Below, in pieces: positions 58,205 to 64,000 of a stretch of 64,000 bases of DNA (position 1 is its first letter; each line of letters starts with the position of its first letter). Source of the stretch: Magallana gigas (taxonomy: Eukaryota); contig NC_088860.1 in the NCBI RefSeq assembly GCF_963853765.1, positions 34,906,001 through 34,970,000 on the forward strand, written 5' to 3'. The notes beneath the pieces were generated by a model. The model was not told where the DNA came from. It saw nothing but the letters and a program-made list of their open reading frames with translations, and made no database searches. Both the position numbers and the translations under genes were made by a program.

Positions 58205-60189
58205 ATGGCTGGAAGTTCAGCGGCATCGTCCACTGTTGATCGACTGAAACAACTAGAGACAGTTGAAAGTGATGTGATAAGTGCCATTCAAAGTGCAGGT
58301 AAAGATAGATGATATTCATTTGGTTTCTATGTGTCACGGACATGGCCGTTTGAACAATTCAATATTAGGTAAAAACCATATTGCATAGGAAATTCGAAAT
58401 ACATGTATGTACTGACAGTAAAAAAAAAAAATTTTTATGGCTCACCTTAGCCAAGGGCTTGAGTAAGCTTTTCTGAAAATTCCGTTTTCTTTTGTTTTTG
58501 TCATCTTAGACTTGTTACACGTGTAGTTCATCTCTTAAAATATTCAATGCCACTGGGCCATCCTCTACGAAGTTTGACTCAAAGCATCCTTTGCCCTATA
58601 TGAATGGGATCCAGTTTTTCAAACTGAACTTTTTTCAAAGTTCAAAGTTTTTTACAGTTTTTCAAACTCATCTATAAAGGATGATCATTTAAAATTATTA
58701 AAGATTTGATTAAATTATCTTTAAAAAAAAGCTTCTCTAAAACCATTTTGCTAGAAAAAGGTGGAACCGAATATTTGGAAGCATCTAAATGTAGCTTCTG
58801 CAAAAACTGAAATAACTAAGGGGGCTTGATGTTAAACATGAACATATATAAAGAATTAGAAGGAAATTGTTTTCAAGATATTTTGTTATTTGATACCATA
58901 AAACTGATTTGATCAGCTATGACTAATGTTGCTCCAGTGAGCAATATGGCCCATGAGCCTCTTACTTATATTTTAGATGTTGTACATTTGTTTATTTTTC
59001 TGTAGGATCTGCTCTTCAAGAATTATCCAAAGATAAACCAGTGATGAAAAATGTTGAATCCCACACCACAACATTCATTAAAACACTAGTAGAAGTTGAG
59101 AAAAAATTAACAGGACATATCAACTACTTAACTCAAGTTTCTACAGGTATAAAGTTTAAACTACTGTTTGTATGCATGCATGTAATCCAGTGTATATAGT
59201 ATACACACATGAAAACATTGAAAATGAACTCTTTAAAAAAGAAGAAATGAAAGAAAAACAAAAGAAAAATTATAATGACATCTTGTAAGTACCTTTAATG
59301 AAAGAAAGTCCCTATCTAAATGATTACTAATTAGATTCTGCTTATTTAAAATCAATTTTTTGAAGAAAAAAAACTTTGCTTTTTGTAATATGAAATACAT
59401 GTACATTTATAGTGAAGTGGGTTAATAATGGGACCTTAGCTTTTTGTTGGAACTACTTGTAGAATACAGGGATTTCATTTTTTTTTTTTAAATTTTGAAG
59501 TAAGGAGGTGAGCTACCCATTGAAGAGTTTTTTTTGTTGGAATTAGTTATTACTCGTGCATGGATCTAGTGGGTAGGGGGAGGGGGGAGGAGGTTGGTTC
59601 TGGACCTCCTCTGGAAAATTCAAATTTTTCAAATTCACATCGTAAAATTCCTGACCCCCCCCCCCCCCCCCCATTCCTGTTACTGATTTCATTAATATTT
59701 TTGTGGATTTTGTGACAATCAAAATTTCAATGATACGTAAATTCATGCTCATTGCACCTATCAATTCATTACGTTATAAGAAATTGGACTTCGTTGGACA
59801 TTAAACTTTCGTGGATCAACTCAACAACGAAATCAAGAAAAATTGGTGCATAACAAATATAGATGAAACCAAAGTATTTCCAATATTTTATTTTCCCATT
59901 TATGAAATTTTAATTTTTGCTAGTTCTCATCATTGAAACAATGTAAAATTGCTCATTTTTGGAAGCTGTGGGAATAACTTCACAACATTGCACTGAAATT
60001 TTTCTCTCAATAGGACAACCACATGAAGGGTCCTCATACGCCCCACAGAAAGATCTTCTATTGGCCTACCACCGTGTTGACCACATCCGAAGTCGACTGA
60101 GCGACTTGGAACGATTGACAGCTGAGCCTGTGGCTCATCGACAACAACTGACCCAGTCAGATCTATTGCAGATGAGTGAGCAACACTGA
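58205..60189 (+). CDS. MED11: Mediator of RNA polymerase II transcription subunit 11
   Basis: Exons 58205-58298, 59006-59146 and 60014-60189. The spliced product contains DRLKQLETVESDVISAIQSAGSALQELSKDK and INYLTQVSTGQPHEGSSY, the MED11 signature. Confidence 0.95.
58436..58963. mobile_element. Helentron-associated (HINE-like) element in MED11 intron 1
   Basis: 5' GCTCACCTTAGCCAAGGGCTTGAGTAAGCTTTTCT and 3' CAGTGAGCAATATGGCCCATGAGCCTCTT are degenerate versions of typical bivalve HINE termini (from recall). Confidence 0.6.
59681..59876. mobile_element. Degenerate TA-flanked MITE in MED11 intron 2
   Basis: Similar to 24095-24301 (TTTCGTGGATCAACT...AACAACGAAATC...GATGAAACC). Confidence 0.6.
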
Positions 60190-63100
60190 ACAGAACGGAA
60201 TGGAACTACGACCTGTTCATTGTGAGGGTTAAAGCCCGTTGCAACTCTTGTAAAGGAGTGGGCAGTGGCGAGGATCTCACTTAATGTGTTTCCATGTGGC
60301 AGCTACTTGTATGTGTACAAGGGAATATCCTTCATTGATCTTAAATGTGGAGTGCTTGCCTTGATGTGCTGTATGTATTATGTGAATGTTGACTGATGGA
60401 CAAACTGTCTAAAAGTTTAAGAAACAGTTGTAAAATAAAAAAATTATTTATTCACTGTATTCATTCCGAAAGTTAACATCCAGTTATAGTGTGTCTCTCA
60501 ATTTTGTTTATCACAAGTGCTTACAACATGTACAACATGCAAAACTCAAAAAATGAATTTTATTTAAGATATTTTCTGTATATGTATACATTTGAATATT
60601 AGAATTTTGTTTCATTATGAAAATCAGATACATTCAAATTTATGGAAGTTTGGATGTTGTTCATATTTCACGTGCTTGATCTCAGTCATGTAGTAAACTG
60701 ATATCAATGTGCAACTGGTATGGTACACAATTAAAAATGAAGATGTAAATAATTGAATGAATGGGTTTTTTTTCTTTAATCTGTAACAAATATGTCTAAT
60801 TGATGTTTTAAAGAAACTGAATAAAAACGTAGAAAAGCAAAAACAATTTAAATTTTTTTTGACAGTTTTTGAGAGCAATGATTTATTGTGGCCCCCTCAT
60901 GAAATGAAGATGACTTTGGTAATCACTCAGCAATAACAATGACATTTGTATGTTAACATACCTATGTATCTGTATGTAATATGTGTCTTCAATACCACTG
61001 TGATGTGGTACATGTATCTCAAATCACTTTCATCACTACCCTTATATTTTAAACAAAAGACGGTGACCATAGTAGGAGGGGACACTTCCAGGTGGTTAGA
61101 TTTTGTATTCGCTTAGTTTGTATGTTTAGTGAGTTTGCCAATGTTTAAGCAGTCAGTGAGTGTTCCTTTTCAAACAATGACTTTAAACAAGAGACCCTTT
61201 TGTCTCGCATCACTCACATGAGCAACAATATTCATCTGACAGAAGTATATTGCTAAAGAGCTTTTATATACATAAATAGAACAATCCCGTTGTCAGCCGA
61301 GCTCGTTGCTGAGAGACAAAAGCTGACCCACATAAAAAATGTCTTTATAAAGTCAACTACTGCCACATTAAATTTATTGCCATGTTGAAGAAGGGAAGTA
61401 CTATTTCAGTTGAAAAGTAAGGGAAATTAGAGTTTTAATATTCTCATTTAGAAAAGAATATGGTACTCTGGAATCTCTCTAACATTTCAGTCAAAAAGTA
61501 CCGGTAATGAAAATTTGAGATCTAATATTCTCACCAAAAAACGAATATGGTACTCTGGAATGTATGTGGATATCCTCTAAATGCTCATTCTTATGATTTT
61601 TGTTTCTGATAAAAGCATTACAATAAATTGTTTTATTAATTTTAATATGGTGTAGGTAAATGAAAACAAGGCATTTAAGCAATCTGTATTTATTCCATCA
61701 GACAGAATGTTGCAAATCACTTGACATATATATAAATGATATACATCATAAAACTGCAATAACAACACTACAAAATATACACCATATTGTCCCCATTTAG
61801 TGCCCTTAACTGTAAGAGAATTTCTTTAAAAATGAGTATGCATGGTACATGTAAAGTCAAGAGTTGGAATTTTTATTTTATTCCTCATTTAAATGCCGAA
61901 AATTAATCAGAAATAAAAATCCAATTTGAAAACTTTCCATTGATTTGTAACAAAATGTATTTCTGAACCTCATTTTGTTTAAAAAAAATGATAAGGAGCG
62001 ATGAGTTGTAGATTCTCAGATGCTTAAAGGGGCAATGGGGCTTAACAGAGATGAATTTTTTTTGCATGTTTTTCTGGGTTAGCATTTTTAATTTGCGTCA
62101 TTCTTTTTTGCCATTTAAAATGTTTTTTATTGGAAACAATGCAGAACATTATTTTTGCATATTCAAGAATTTGCTATTTAAAAGAGATTCTGAATAAAAG
62201 CAAAAATTGGAAAATCGCGAAAATTACCAGATATACTGCATATTATCAAATTTCTGGGAATAGTTAATTACGATAGCTTTGAATTGATATTTTGAAATGG
62301 TGTATATATATACTTGAGATTTATACATCTTTAATCTAACTTGTATTTTTTAAATATTAATTCTCAATATACATTAATGTATACTTTACTATAATAAAAT
62401 GTTTTTCAATTTTGAAGACAATTTTTTTGCACTGTCAGTTAATAATGCTTAAATCTATCCATGCAATTATATGCTAAAATATATACAAGTACCATACATG
62501 AATTAGTCTTCTTTCTAATACAGTATAAACAGCATACTTGTACTAAGTTGAAAATTTCATCATTCCAGTGAGCAGATTTTATAACTTCTTTCTCCAGTTT
62601 AATATACATTTGAATTAAGTAAATGACAATTTACACAGAAAACAACTGCATTTCCAATAGGAAAATGGCACAATTATATTAAAATTAAAATTAACAATTA
62701 ATTAAAACTTATCAAAAACAGAAATTGTATTATGTACAAAAGTCATGGCACTTAGCTTCAACATTTATAACACAAAACTGACAAAAGAATATTAGTGCTA
62801 TTGCCTTTAATTAAATAATTCTCTAATTTATTCAGTCTTATCACAACAGGATAGTTTAATATGGCCACTTCACAACTAAGATGGAGTGATGCAAAGATTT
62901 GAATTTACTGCCAATTATACAGTACATCGATATCTGACTGATTAATATTATATATTATAAATTCCAGTATACCCAGTATATAAAAGAATGAATCTTTTTA
63001 GTCTTAATTCAAAAATTTAAATGACTCAAAATCAAATATCTCAATTTGTAATATATTACATAAAAAATATACACTGTAACAGAAAATTCATTTCAACTAT

Positions 63101-64000
63101 CATGTAATAAAGACACTTTTCAAAAGACTTCAACACATTTTGAATTGTAACATAAAATCATATTTTTATCAATCAATATCATGGATAACCAGATAAATCC
63201 CAGATTTAAAAGTTATTGAACTTGGCCAAGGAGCAGATTGTATACATTGGGAATTCCTTCATGCTGTCTTGTTATGTTAAAGGGACCTTCAATCCACCAA
63301 GTGAGAAAAACTTTGAATGCAAGCCCAAATTTCTATATTTCTTAGTGATTTGGATTTCTAGCATGCTTTCGGCTTAAAAATGATAGAAAAAAGGTTTAAT
63401 TTTTTTTTTTTGGGGGGGGGGGGGGGTTCACTTTTAAAGATTCATAAAAACAAATTTAAAGTTCACACAGTATCTGGGATTTCTATCACCATGTTGTGAT
63501 ATACATAAAAAGGATGTCGAGGACCCTTTTGTTATTAAACAGTTTAGAGAATATAAAAATGCACCCTGTTCTAGAGAAATTTAAGACAATTTAATTGTTC
63601 TAGGCAAGAGAGATCTATTAAGTATATACATATGTTGATTAAAACTGGCTTGGTACTGGAAATGTAAAAGTCAATACTGGTATAAGACTTTAAAAAGCAC
63701 CTGCATACACAAATATTTAACATCAAATAACATATATAGGTTGGCAGAGGCATGTAGACATTTGATATCCTTACATATTCCTTGTTTTATGGAAGTACTT
63801 CATTCCACGATCACACCCATTGTGTATCAAATAGCGAGAATATAACATCGCTCAAACTCAACTTTTGTTTTAATTTCACATATTTCACAAATAGCAAGAT
63901 TTTAAAATCTACAAGGAATGCTTCTCAGTTTTATGATGTAATTGTAATATTCCTTGCGTTTAATTAGAAATCCACAGTGTTTAGGGGTGTTCACTTGATT

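Overview
This is AT-rich, intron-containing eukaryotic DNA. The repeat types and gene content point to a bivalve mollusc, probably a Crassostrea/Magallana-type oyster (inference). Seven protein-coding genes were spliced by hand with GT-AG boundaries and consistent frames. (1) An orphan, Cys-free, Pro/Lys/Gln/Asn-rich secreted protein (13987-15111, +). (2-4) A tandem minus-strand cluster of three type II membrane TNF-superfamily ligands: TNF-A 20938-22245, TNF-B 25576-26859, and TRAIL-like TNF-C 35684-37250. (5) A UAP56-interacting factor/FYTTD1-like RGG protein (42419-46478, +). (6) ACADVL (19 exons, 50742-57863, -). (7) MED11 (58205-60189, +), head-to-head with ACADVL. The intergenic DNA holds non-autonomous DNA elements (TTAA-flanked and TA-flanked MITEs, Helentron-associated repeats, and a family ending in long hairpins) plus GA/CT microsatellites. 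No rRNA, functional tRNA or CRISPR array was seen. The most interesting signals are the structurally divergent TNF paralogs, their linkage with ACADVL, MED11 and FYTTD1 (matching the human 17p13/3q26-29 paralogon), the orphan secreted protein, and a tRNA-Thr relic inside a DNA transposon.
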